A DNA stretch of 38,714 nt from a candidate division Kazan bacterium RIFCSPLOWO2_01_FULL_48_13 (GTDB lineage Bacteria > Patescibacteriota > Kazan-3B-28 > UBA10110), in NCBI GenBank assembly GCA_001771275.1, contig METE01000004.1, positions 97,073-135,786 of the forward strand, given 5' to 3'. Below, one piece after another: positions 1 to 8,625 of this stretch (position 1 is its first letter; each line of letters opens with the position of its first letter). A program made the position numbers and the translations under genes. The notes below the pieces were generated by a model, which was not told the origin of the DNA, made no database searches, and was given only the letters and a program-made list of their open reading frames with translations.

Positions 1-2
1 CC

Positions 3-668
3 ATGAAGCTCAATCACGACTGGAGCAATCCTCCGCGTTTCTGTAAATCATGCAAAGAAAAGCAGAATGCTAAATGGTACGAGATATCTTGCGAAGGATG
101 TAGCGCCACTATAAAAGCCAACCGCGACTGGGACCATCCACCAAAATTCTGCCCCTCCTGTAAGCAATCTCACCCATCAACTACCGCCTCATGCTCGCAC
201 TGTGGCGCATCATTTGTAATCACTACCAACACTCGAATCCAATGTAGTAAGAAAGGCTGGGATTTGCCCCATCGCTGTCATAACTGTCGCGAACTATTCA
301 AACATAAACCTTTCCGAACATTACGCGAGTCAACACCGCTGGGCGGGACGATTTATCGAACATACAACAGCATCAACCAACTCATTAGCGAATCGCGAGA
401 TGAGCGCGGACCCTTAGGGGGTGAACACCGAGCTCATTACTCCGGAGTCGGCAAAGCAACGGGTACCACTCACGACCGTACTGGGCCACTGGGTGGCCGC
501 TACAAAGAAACGGTGGGAACTGATGGCCGTATCAAATCCACTTCGCGTGAACAGAAAGGTGTGTTTGGCAATGAATACACCGAAAGTACTGGCGGCTCAT
601 CTAACACTAAACATCAAACTACGACCCGCTCCACTTCAACTGGAGAGAAATATCGAGAGACCAAGTAG
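3..668 (+). CDS. Cys-rich zinc-ribbon repeat protein with C-terminal PLGG repeats; hypothetical (ORF opens at the window edge, so the true start may be upstream)
   Basis: ORF ends with TAG at 666-668. It has three W-x-x-P-x-x-C-x-x-C type motifs (WSNPPRFCKSCK, WDHPPKFCPSCK, WDLPHRCHNCR) plus CEGC and CSHC pairs. These are followed by about 25-aa repeats carrying PLGG (TPLGGTIY, GPLGGEHR, GPLGGRYK). Hairpin terminators lie downstream. Confidence 0.55.
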   Translation: MKLNHDWSNPPRFCKSCKEKQNAKWYEISCEGCSATIKANRDWDHPPKFCPSCKQSHPSTTASCSHCGASFVITTNTRIQCSKKGWDLPHRCHNCRELFKHKPFRTLRESTPLGGTIYRTYNSINQLISESRDERGPLGGEHRAHYSGVGKATGTTHDRTGPLGGRYKETVGTDGRIKSTSREQKGVFGNEYTESTGGSSNTKHQTTTRSTSTGEKYRETK

Positions 669-697
669 TCGTTTGTGACACTAACTGCATCGATACT

Positions 698-730
698 ACC
701 TCGGACCTTAGCAAAGTTCGAGGTATTTTT
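698..730 (+). terminator. Rho-independent terminator after the zinc-ribbon gene
   Basis: Stem acctcg (698-703) pairs with cgaggt (719-724) and is followed by attttt. Confidence 0.5.
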
Positions 731-740
731 ATTATTTAAC

Positions 741-772
741 AAAAGCCGTCTCGATTAATCGAGACGGCTTTT
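741..772. terminator. Bidirectional hairpin terminator between the zinc-ribbon gene and the 16S gene
   Basis: aaaa-gccgtctcgattaatcgagacggc-tttt: a perfect 24-nt palindrome (745-768) flanked by an A-run and a T-run. Confidence 0.6.
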
Positions 773-780
773 ATCTTGCT

Positions 781-804
781 CAGTCAAAGAGTAACTAAAA
801 AGTG
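781..804 (-). other. 3' strand of the 16S precursor processing stem
   Basis: cagtcaaagagtaactaaaaagtg is the reverse complement of 4615-4638. There is a single difference, which gives a G-U pair in the minus-strand RNA. Confidence 0.7.
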
Positions 805-999
805 ACATCACTCGTTGTGCTCCGTTATAAATAACGAAGTCGGTCGATCTTTACTTCGTAGTAAAGCTTTAGAATGTCAGTGATTGGGTGCCAGATACAA
901 GGGTCGGCCTTGTGTCCAGCATCCAACCACGGACATTCGAATTGCTCCCTAGAAAGGAGGTGTTCCATCCGCACGTTCCCGTACGGATACCTTGTTACG

Positions 1000-1252
1000 C
1001 ATTTGTTAGTCTCTTGTTACCAAGAGTATCGGACTATGTCTTCACCCTGATTTCTCAGGGGCTAACGTATAGTCTCTACGGGGTTAAGGAAGCTTGCTTG
1101 TTCTGCTGTCCAGCAGAATTTAGTAAACTTTCGCCATCAATGATGACTATCCCAACTTCCCTCGGCGTTGTCCTAATCCGCCGGCTGGCGGACAGGAGTT
1201 CACCGATATAGTTAGATTTTACTATGCAATTACTCGCATAGGAAGCCGTTAA
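1000..1252 (-). mobile_element. ORF-less group I intron (253 nt) in the 16S 3' minor domain (inside the 1492R primer site)
   Basis: In the RNA sense, exon 1 ends ...GAAGU and the intron ends ...AAAUG (omega-G is the complement of c1000). P1 is GAAGU (1253-1257) with GCUUC (1242-1246), including U-G at the splice site. P3 is CUAAC/GUUAG (1211-1215 / 1062-1066). P7 is GACUAU/AUAGUC (1069-1074 / 1032-1037). P8 is CCCUGA-GAAA-UCAGGG (1045-1060). P9 is CUCUUG-GUAA-CAAGAG (1011-1026). Confidence 0.85.
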
Positions 1253-1337
1253 ACTTCACCCCAATCATGAGTTTCACCTTCGGCCCGCTTGCGCGAGACT
1301 TCGGGCGCCCCTCACTTTCGTGGTGTGACGGGCGGTG

Positions 1338-2125
1338 ATTGCGATTAGGTAGTCTCTATCGCTCCCCACTGGACATGCGTGTCTAACGCATCCAGCGAGT
1401 CTCTTTGTCTAATCCATTTGATTTTTGCGACTCCTTCTGATGTCAGATGTTCCTTGCGCGCCATCATAGTGGCTACTGTGCAGAACTTCTCGAACTGCCA
1501 GATTTTCTTAGCCTGCAATGGATATCTCTGGAAAAATGGTATCACTTTGCCAGCGATATCAGACAAATTACTGACCTTGTACTTTACATGCGGCCGCCAT
1601 TTATCATACCGTTGATAATTCAGGTGATAAATTTTACCGCAGCCAAGAACATCTTTAATTTGTTGAAGGATTGCTTCATCATCTTCTCGAAGTTCAATTT
1701 CGAACAATAATCGAACTTCCGCCAAAGCATCACCGTTCTTGTTGATAGTAATGCTAAAGCATCCTTCCCCATCAACGAAACCGACAATGTAGTTTGGATC
1801 AAGCATTGAGTTCACCCCTTCGTCTGCTTTAATTATAAGGCAAACTACTATGGGATCAGCTGACTTCCTATCGGCGCTTACCAACTACTCCTTGCCAATA
1901 GGATCTCCCTGGGTTACGCATCAGGCTATTTCTGACATTCCCACGCGGGCTCAAGCGATGTTTCTTCCCCTGTGTACACGACAAGGTCGAAACGCCCTTT
2001 AATGCGTAAGACTATCATTCGTATGTTGGACCCTTCAGGCTTGCCCTTACGGGAGAAGCCCTGTCCTCAACTATAAAGTCGGATTTACACCGACTAGTCC
2101 GATGCGCTGCCAGGCGCATTTATTT
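1338..2125 (-). mobile_element. 788-nt intervening sequence in the 16S decoding-centre sequence (E. coli about 1396/1397), carrying a LAGLIDADG gene; intron class unresolved
   Basis: The universal CUUGUACA|CACCGCCCGU sequence is split. The exon resumes at 1337 (gacgggcggtg, 1327-1337) and stops at 2126 (tgtacaag). Group-I-like strings are present (GACUA...UAGUU, GAUAGUC, AGAGACUA), but the boundaries are not U|...G|. Confidence 0.7.
1345..1806 (-). CDS. LAGLIDADG homing endonuclease, single-motif (I-CreI-like size)
   Basis: The motif YIVGFVDGEGCF is present. The ATG at 1806 is preceded by AAGGGGTGA. The longer track ORF (to 1884) starts further upstream without an SD. The stop is TAA at 1345-1347. 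The gene lies entirely inside the 16S insert. Confidence 0.8.
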   Translation of the reverse strand: MLDPNYIVGFVDGEGCFSITINKNGDALAEVRLLFEIELREDDEAILQQIKDVLGCGKIYHLNYQRYDKWRPHVKYKVSNLSDIAGKVIPFFQRYPLQAKKIWQFEKFCTVATMMARKEHLTSEGVAKIKWIRQRDSLDALDTHVQWGAIETT

Positions 2126-2561
2126 TGTACAAGACCCGAGAACGTATTCACCGTAGCATGGCTGATCTACGGTTACTAGCGATTCCGGCTTCATGCAGGC
2201 GGGTTTCAGCCTGCAATCCGAACTGAGACCGGTTTTCAGGGATTAGCTCCACCTCGCGGTTTGGCTACCCTCTGTGCCCGGCCATTGTAGCATGTGTGTC
2301 GCCCAGGCCATAAAGGCCACGCTGATTTGACGTCATCCCCGCCTTCCTCCTTGTTAACCAAGGCAGTCTCGTGTGAAAAATACAACACACAATGGGGGTT
2401 GCGCTCGTTACCCGACTTAACGGTACACCTCACGGCACGAGCTGACGACAACCGTGCAGCACCTGTCTATGCTGTCTCGAAAGAGGGCTCAAGTTTCCTT
2501 GAGCTTGCAACACGATGCAAGACCTGGTGAGGTTCCTCGCTTAGTATCGAATTAAACCACG

Positions 2562-2604
<43 letters not shown>

Positions 2605-2718
2605 TAACCTTGCGGCCGTACTCCCCAGGCGGGATACTTAACGCGTTAGCTACGGCACTGAGGGGACCGATGCCACCAATGCCTAGTATCCATCGTTTAC
2701 AGCGTGGACTACCGGGGT

Positions 2719-3734
2719 CAAACAGTATATTACTATACAGATTGGACTATATCATTCTCTGAACTTTGCTCTTTGTAGTTTTTCCACTTGGCTTTCTTCA
2801 GTTCATAGTACTGTTGCACTATTTCCAAAGAAAACTTAGAAAGAGCCGCGACTTCAGAGATCCAGCGTTGTTGAAGTTGATGATTGTGATACAGAAGAAT
2901 AAATTTTGGGATCATTTTTTCCACCGCCAGATGCGGTAGAATAATTCGCAGAAGTGATTGCAGTTGCTCGGAGGAGTTTAACCACAGCCGCACCTGATCA
3001 GGCCTTTGCCTGTTCTTGGGGGCGACAGTTGTCTCAATCTGCCAAACCACCTTCAAGTATTTCTGGAGTAAAGTTACACCCGGTTTGGTAAAACCATCCG
3101 TACAAATTACCCCTTTTCTGCCGTTAGCTATTATTGAGCCATCATCTTGCCACCAAATGGCCAGGGACAACGGGGTCAATAAATTAAGCCACTTCCTTCT
3201 GATCAAGAATTTACCGTGAGGATGAGTAAGTTTATAAAGTTCGGTGAGCGCTGGCAAAGCCAGGCTTTGGTACCTCCACTTTATTTTTCCCCATCCGTCT
3301 CGACCGTCCTTTGTTTGCCGCCACGAATTATTCTGAGAAGAGATTTCATTCAATTGTTTTACTTTCCAATCAAAGTAGCTCTTCTGTTTTTCGGAATGGC
3401 GAAACGAAAAACGGGCATTCACATAGGTCCGATGGACTTTTAACGATCCATCACCTAATATCGAGCCGAAAATAATCGCTCGAGCCGTTTCAGACAAGGG
3501 TATGATTTGCCTCATAATTTTGCAATTAATTGCTATACCCTCTGTCACAGTCAACTTCATAGTCTCTACGGGGTCAATACACGCTACGCGCGTACGACTT
3601 CCCTCGGGATTGTCCATCACGGGCCGGTAACCCGAATGTAATGGAGTTTCCCCGATACAGCTGAATGCTCATCTCGACGTCGCCGCCGAGAGGGACACCC
3701 TTCGTCACTATATTTAATGAGCGGTGACGGATTT
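2719..3734 (-). mobile_element. 1016-nt intron in 16S at the 785-806 site (E. coli about 794/795), carrying a double-motif LAGLIDADG gene
   Basis: GGAUUAGAU|...|ACCCCGGUAGUCC is split. Exon 1 ends in U and the insert ends ...CUGUUUG (omega-G-like, complement of c2719). It shares the 16-nt string CCCCGUAGAGACUAU-type P7 motif with the 1000-1252 intron (3559-3574 = 1069-1084). Confidence 0.8.
2733..3620 (-). CDS. LAGLIDADG homing endonuclease, two-motif (monomeric type); start uncertain (GTG 3620, ATG 3617 or ATG 3560)
   Basis: Motifs are IIFGSILGDGSL and LAIWWQDDGS. The stop is TAG at 2733-2735, only 14 nt before the intron 3' end. Confidence 0.8.
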   Translation of the reverse strand: MMDNPEGSRTRVACIDPVETMKLTVTEGIAINCKIMRQIIPLSETARAIIFGSILGDGSLKVHRTYVNARFSFRHSEKQKSYFDWKVKQLNEISSQNNSWRQTKDGRDGWGKIKWRYQSLALPALTELYKLTHPHGKFLIRRKWLNLLTPLSLAIWWQDDGSIIANGRKGVICTDGFTKPGVTLLQKYLKVVWQIETTVAPKNRQRPDQVRLWLNSSEQLQSLLRIILPHLAVEKMIPKFILLYHNHQLQQRWISEVAALSKFSLEIVQQYYELKKAKWKNYKEQSSENDIVQSV

Positions 3735-4125
3735 ATCTAATCCCGTTCGCTCCCCACGCTTTCGCTCCTTAGCGTCAGAAATGGCCCAGCAGACTGCCTT
3801 CGCCTTTGGTGTTCTTCTCGATATCTACGGATATTACCCCTACACCGAGAATTCCATCTGCCTCTACCATTCTCAAGATCAGCGGTTTCGAACACCCTTC
3901 TCCGGTTGAGCCGGAGTCTTTAATGTTCGACCTACTGGTCCGCCTACGAGCGCTCTACGCCCAATAAATCCGGATAACGCTCGAGCCCTACGTATTACCG
4001 CTGCTGCTGGCACGTAGTTAGCAGGCTCTTATTCTTACGGTACCGTCATAATCTTCCCATAAAAAAGAGGTTTACAATCCGAAGACCTTCATCCCTCACG
4101 CGGCATTGCTGCGTCAGACTTTCGT

Positions 4126-4188
<63 letters not shown>

Positions 4189-4614
4189 CTGGCTGGTCAT
4201 CCTCTCAGACCAACTATCGATCACAGCCTTGGTAGGCCATTACCCTACCAACTAGCTAATCGAACGCAGGCCACTCCTTGGGCGATAAATCTTTACTCAG
4301 CACTTATTTCAACAGACTAAAAATTAATCCACTGAAATAAGTGCTGAGACTATCGAGAATTATCCTGCCTTTCGGCAGGTTATGCTCGACCCAAGGGTAT
4401 GTTCCCACGCGTTACTCAGCCGTCTGCCGTGCACCCGAAGTGCACTCGACTTGCATGTGTTAGGCATGCCGCCGGCGTTAATCCTGAGCCAGGATCAAAC
4501 TCTCAAAAAAGTGAGTTCAGACTGCATAGCAGCTGACATCACTAAGAGTTAATCCACCCATCTCCAGTTTTGGAAAACTGGGGATGGGGAAATTGAATTT
4601 GAATTGATTGTGAG

Positions 4615-4638
4615 CACTTTTTAGTTACTCTCTGACTG
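4615..4638 (-). other. 5' strand of the 16S precursor processing stem
   Basis: cactttttagttactctctgactg pairs with 781-804, giving 24 bp with one G-U. This is the usual RNase III-type stem that brackets an rRNA. Confidence 0.7.
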
Positions 4639-4767
4639 TCAAGGTGGCGAGAAGCGTTAAAAAGAAAAACCCGGCCCTCTTTGGGCGCGGATCTCCATCG
4701 AACGACCGACTTGGAAATCCAGTTTTAGGTTGCTCCTTTTTAACTTAAGAATAAGCTAACTTCCGGT

Positions 4768-4795
4768 ATTATACCGAGTCCGCGCATTAAGTCAA
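4768..4795 (-). promoter_or_regulatory. Sigma-70-type promoter for the 16S gene
   Basis: On the minus strand: TTGACT (4795-4790), a 16-nt spacer, then TATAAT (4773-4768). It lies about 250 nt upstream of the mature 16S 5' end. Confidence 0.65.
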
Positions 4796-4825
4796 CCCCA
4801 GGGGGCGGACACAGATCTCCTCCTA

Positions 4826-4854
4826 TTGACAAAATCCGCTCTGAGAGCTATGAT
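4826..4854 (+). promoter_or_regulatory. Sigma-70-type promoter for the 4861 ORF (probably a leaderless mRNA)
   Basis: TTGACA (4826-4831), a 17-nt spacer, then TATGAT (4849-4854). The ATG at 4861 is only 6 nt after the -10 and has no SD. Confidence 0.6.
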
Positions 4855-4860
4855 CTTACT

Positions 4861-5790
4861 ATGTCAGAGAGCGGTGAATCACAATTGGGCAGCTGGTTGT
4901 CCCCCGAAGCGGACCTCCAGCCTCAGGTATCCGAACGAGTGGTTTTAGAAACTGACTGCGAGGGACATTTTAAGGACGGGATAAAAATCTTGCCCGCCTT
5001 TCGGATGTTGGAACAATTTACCGACCAAATGGTCAGTAGCGGAGAAATTCCCAGTCAATTTCATATGGCTATTGGCGACATGCTGCCCGCTGGTGTTAAC
5101 TACACCAGCCGATACGACCATATTAGTTCTACTCGCAAATTAGTACTGCATCTAAAAAACGGCATCACCATTACTGGAGAATCAGCGCCCTTGGAGTTAG
5201 TTGAGCAATCGGAACTATTTGGTCCCGTTGATACCTCACCCATCAACCCGGATAGAATTTTGTTGGATAAAGTCGCAATTCAAGAAATAATTCCCCAAGG
5301 GCCCAACATTCAATTTATTGATGCAGTGATCAAACCCCACTCCTACCAGCCTAAAGTACTGGCTGAGGCGATTCACACCATCACTGGCGATGACTATGTG
5401 CGACAAGGTATTAGTGATCGTTTTTATTTTAATCGCTCGCGCCTGCTCGAAGGTTTGGGACAGTTAGCCTATATTCATTTTCGAGAAAATATTAAGACCG
5501 CCAAACCCATGACCCCCTTCTTCGAAAAGGTGGATGGTTACTTTACTAAATACCAGCCACAGATCGGCGAAACGATCCATTATCAACTTAATCACTTCGA
5601 AGTCGATTTTACCGACCGAGGCGATAAAGGCAGCGGAATCATCTCCGGCTTAGTGATGGATGGCCACGGTACTCTGGTGATAGCTAAATTTACCGCTACG
5701 GTAGGAGCGGCCGAGCCAAGACGCTTAGAGAAAATAGCCGGCCTAGCCCATCGGCAATCTCTTAAATCCACCCCGCCCGAACAGATCTAA
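4861..5790 (+). CDS. Hypothetical protein with a possible C-terminal FabZ/FabA-like hotdog domain
   Basis: 309-aa ORF. The C-terminal pattern IQEIIPQGPNIQFIDAV ... LEGLGQLA ... KVDGYFTKYQPQIGETIHYQL resembles dehydratase hotdog motifs. The N-terminal half is not recognised. Confidence 0.4.
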   Translation: MSESGESQLGSWLSPEADLQPQVSERVVLETDCEGHFKDGIKILPAFRMLEQFTDQMVSSGEIPSQFHMAIGDMLPAGVNYTSRYDHISSTRKLVLHLKNGITITGESAPLELVEQSELFGPVDTSPINPDRILLDKVAIQEIIPQGPNIQFIDAVIKPHSYQPKVLAEAIHTITGDDYVRQGISDRFYFNRSRLLEGLGQLAYIHFRENIKTAKPMTPFFEKVDGYFTKYQPQIGETIHYQLNHFEVDFTDRGDKGSGIISGLVMDGHGTLVIAKFTATVGAAEPRRLEKIAGLAHRQSLKSTPPEQI

Positions 5791-7439
5791 GTTAAGGCGG
5801 ACTTGTCTTCCAACATTCCGTGAGCTTCGTGCTTGCGTTCTTTGGCGGTGACCGCAAATCCCAGATACTTGCCCAGCATCATTCGAGTTTCAGAATCAAG
5901 CGCCGGAATCGAACCAAAAATCACTCCAGAGATTGGCACAAATACCCACTGCAAGATCATTTCTAATCGTTTCCACCGAGGAAAGTGCTTGGGCATTGGT
6001 GGCAACAGGCCCTGGGCGATAATGGCCGAGACTATCACCCCAATCCAAGTAATACTCAAAAGATTGCGCGCTAACACCGGCAGGTTAAAGGCCAATACGG
6101 TTGTACGAAAATCAGGATTGAGGATCAGCGGCATCCATCCCCCCAAAGCGATCAGCAGCGACGAGGTGGACCAAGATACATGCCCTTCAAATGTTCTAAA
6201 AGGATGGATAATACGCTGATAGAATGTGAGTTGTCCGCGGGTTGAGAAAAACTTTTCCATTAAATACGGCAGGTGCTCGATCCCCCACGCCCAGCGGCGT
6301 TTTTGGATGTATTGTGCCTTCATCGTATCCCACACATCTTTGCCCAATACTGCGTCCATCGAGACCGGACTAAAGATGGGGATAGCCTTATGATTTCCGT
6401 TATATCTAAAGTAGGCCCGATAGAACTGGCGCGAGTCCTCCGACACGATGGTCCTGTCCCAAAAATCAATATCGACTAAGGTCTTAAGGCTCATTGCCTG
6501 TGAAGAGAAATTAATCAAGCGATACGGCCGGGTCGATTCGATCATCTGCCAATAAGAAGAGCCCAGGGCCACCAGCCGGTTAAGCACCGGCACATCCCAG
6601 AGATTGTTATTAAATAACGGGATGGGCTGATAACTCCGAAATGTGCGATCGGGATTTAGGATGTACTCGTAAGTAACATTGGCAAAATACTGCTTGGAGG
6701 GCAGCGTGTCGGCATCAAAACAGGAAACCATTACATTGTCGTAAGGCAGTCGGCGTTCGTCGATATATCGCTGCAACTCTGTGCCTGCGTGATAAACATT
6801 GGCGCCCTTGGCTTTTAACTCGCCCACGATGCCGTCGGGATGAACGGTAATGGTTACATCGGCAAAAATATTTTTAAATTCATCGGCCACCCGCTGGGCG
6901 ATGACCTGCGCCGGCTCACCGGCGCGCTCTTCGGTCGCCAATACGATTATCAGCTTATCTTTTGGATAGTTGCTGTTGGCGCAAGCTCGCAGCGAGGCAG
7001 ACACCACTTCGTCGCTTTCTTTATAGATAGCGTAGATAACAACATGCAGAATATCGTCCCACCGTTTCTGCGTCTCTGGCCGGGCTCGCATCTGCTCCAC
7101 CTGGGAGAGTTCTTCCCGCAACCGACTGGCCTCAAACCCACGGGCCAGCTGATATTTACGAGTTAGCTCATTCGCCCAGCTCTCCAAGTCGGTTGTTTTT
7201 TTACAACGCTCCAGCCAATCTATCCGGGTGCTCCGTTTTAGATGAACATATCCGGCAACCAGATGTCCGCCCATCACCAACGCCTTGGTCAGCCAATAGG
7301 TGTCAAACAGAATGATAAAATAGGCCACGCCGGCCGGCCAAACAAACGACAGCGCGATCGGCAAAAGCAGGATCGTCCAAGAGGTGATCCCGGGTAGCAT
7401 CTCCCAAAACCGATAGCTGTTAGTCCTTTTCATCGGCAC
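5787..7439 (-). CDS. Family 2 glycosyltransferase, membrane-embedded processive (cellulose/chitin-synthase-like) type
   Basis: 550 aa. It has FDADT and QKRRWAWG (QxxRW) motifs, with N-terminal and C-terminal transmembrane segments. Confidence 0.75.
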   Translation of the reverse strand: MPMKRTNSYRFWEMLPGITSWTILLLPIALSFVWPAGVAYFIILFDTYWLTKALVMGGHLVAGYVHLKRSTRIDWLERCKKTTDLESWANELTRKYQLARGFEASRLREELSQVEQMRARPETQKRWDDILHVVIYAIYKESDEVVSASLRACANSNYPKDKLIIVLATEERAGEPAQVIAQRVADEFKNIFADVTITVHPDGIVGELKAKGANVYHAGTELQRYIDERRLPYDNVMVSCFDADTLPSKQYFANVTYEYILNPDRTFRSYQPIPLFNNNLWDVPVLNRLVALGSSYWQMIESTRPYRLINFSSQAMSLKTLVDIDFWDRTIVSEDSRQFYRAYFRYNGNHKAIPIFSPVSMDAVLGKDVWDTMKAQYIQKRRWAWGIEHLPYLMEKFFSTRGQLTFYQRIIHPFRTFEGHVSWSTSSLLIALGGWMPLILNPDFRTTVLAFNLPVLARNLLSITWIGVIVSAIIAQGLLPPMPKHFPRWKRLEMILQWVFVPISGVIFGSIPALDSETRMMLGKYLGFAVTAKERKHEAHGMLEDKSALT

Positions 7440-7442
7440 CTA

Positions 7443-7829
7443 TTATGCTCCGATCATCACCAATGACAAGGTAATCCCAAATACGATCGTTTGAATAAAA
7501 AAGGTGGCACCCAACAACAGCCAGGCCGCCAACAGATCTTTCGGGTAGATTTTAAACACCAGCCAGGTATTAAAGGAGATTAGAGCCAAATTTACCAACG
7601 GCCACAACACATCCCCAATCCAGCTTAAGAATCCCAGGTCAAAACCCAGCGGCACCGTTAAAGCAATCGGGTAGGGCGCTACCCAGATTAGCCACAACAT
7701 CCAAGAGACAACATGCAACAGCCAGGCCAGATAGATAAATAGATAGAGATTCTTCTCGCGCCGCTTTAATCTCCCCCACTGGTAAAAGAAGTTGCGCCCG
7801 CCGCTCCATTCAAATAGTCTTACCTTCAT
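7443..7829 (-). CDS. Small integral membrane protein, hypothetical
   Basis: 128 aa with four hydrophobic segments. It ends 3 nt upstream of the GT2 start and is likely co-transcribed with it. Confidence 0.55.
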   Translation of the reverse strand: MKVRLFEWSGGRNFFYQWGRLKRREKNLYLFIYLAWLLHVVSWMLWLIWVAPYPIALTVPLGFDLGFLSWIGDVLWPLVNLALISFNTWLVFKIYPKDLLAAWLLLGATFFIQTIVFGITLSLVMIGA

Positions 7830-7930
7830 AACTTTATCTTAGCATTTAGTGGTTAGCGGTTAGAACACAATGAGCTTACGCCAAGACGCGGTGTTCCCCA
7901 TTCTCTATCCCCTAACCGCTATTCTCTGTT

Positions 7931-8446
7931 TTATTCGCTTTTAGAGATAAAGCTTGCCACAATCATAAACAACAGTGGCAGAATTAGAAACCACGAATAG
8001 AAGTTGACCAGCGGCGCGGCGATTAGTGATCCACTGATCACCTGCTGTTTGGTCTCGTCGGGCAGGAAATTAAGAATAGATGAAGCGATCAACGCAGCAT
8101 TTAACACACTGTAGCCGGCTTGCACCACAAAGCCCATCATTCCGCCACCGCCCATCGAGCCGTGGAGCATCAAACCCCCCTTCATCGCTATCAGCAACAG
8201 CACCGCGGCAAATAAAATAACTTTAACTACAAAAATGGATAGATTGCCACTCATCCAGCCGTTATTGATTACATCATTCTCTTGGGAGAGCATCGCAAAA
8301 GCGGAGGCGCCCCACTGGTTGGCGATCACCAGCCCAACATAGGCTCCCAGCAATGTAATAATAACTTTTTCCCGCCCCATCAAAAAACCGTAGACCAGGC
8401 TGGCCCCCAAAAACACTAACAGCACTAAATCCCAGGTAGGAACCAT
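7931..8446 (-). CDS. CvpA-like integral membrane protein
   Basis: It is hydrophobic throughout and has a CvpA-like N-terminus (WDLVLLVFLGASLVYGFLMG). The track ORF starts at TTG 8473 inside a dispersed repeat, so ATG 8446 is preferred. Confidence 0.5.
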   Translation of the reverse strand: MVPTWDLVLLVFLGASLVYGFLMGREKVIITLLGAYVGLVIANQWGASAFAMLSQENDVINNGWMSGNLSIFVVKVILFAAVLLLIAMKGGLMLHGSMGGGGMMGFVVQAGYSVLNAALIASSILNFLPDETKQQVISGSLIAAPLVNFYSWFLILPLLFMIVASFISKSE

Positions 8447-8625
8447 AGAATAACGCTTAGCGTTAATATCCAATGTTCAATTACTAATATACCAGAAAAC
8501 GCTACGCGTTAATATCCAATGCCCAATCCCCAATCACTGATTTAGTTATCCCACACTGGAGATTGGAGATTACGACGAAGCCGTTAATTGAATATTGGGT
8601 ATTGGACATTAGCCCTTTAGGGCTT

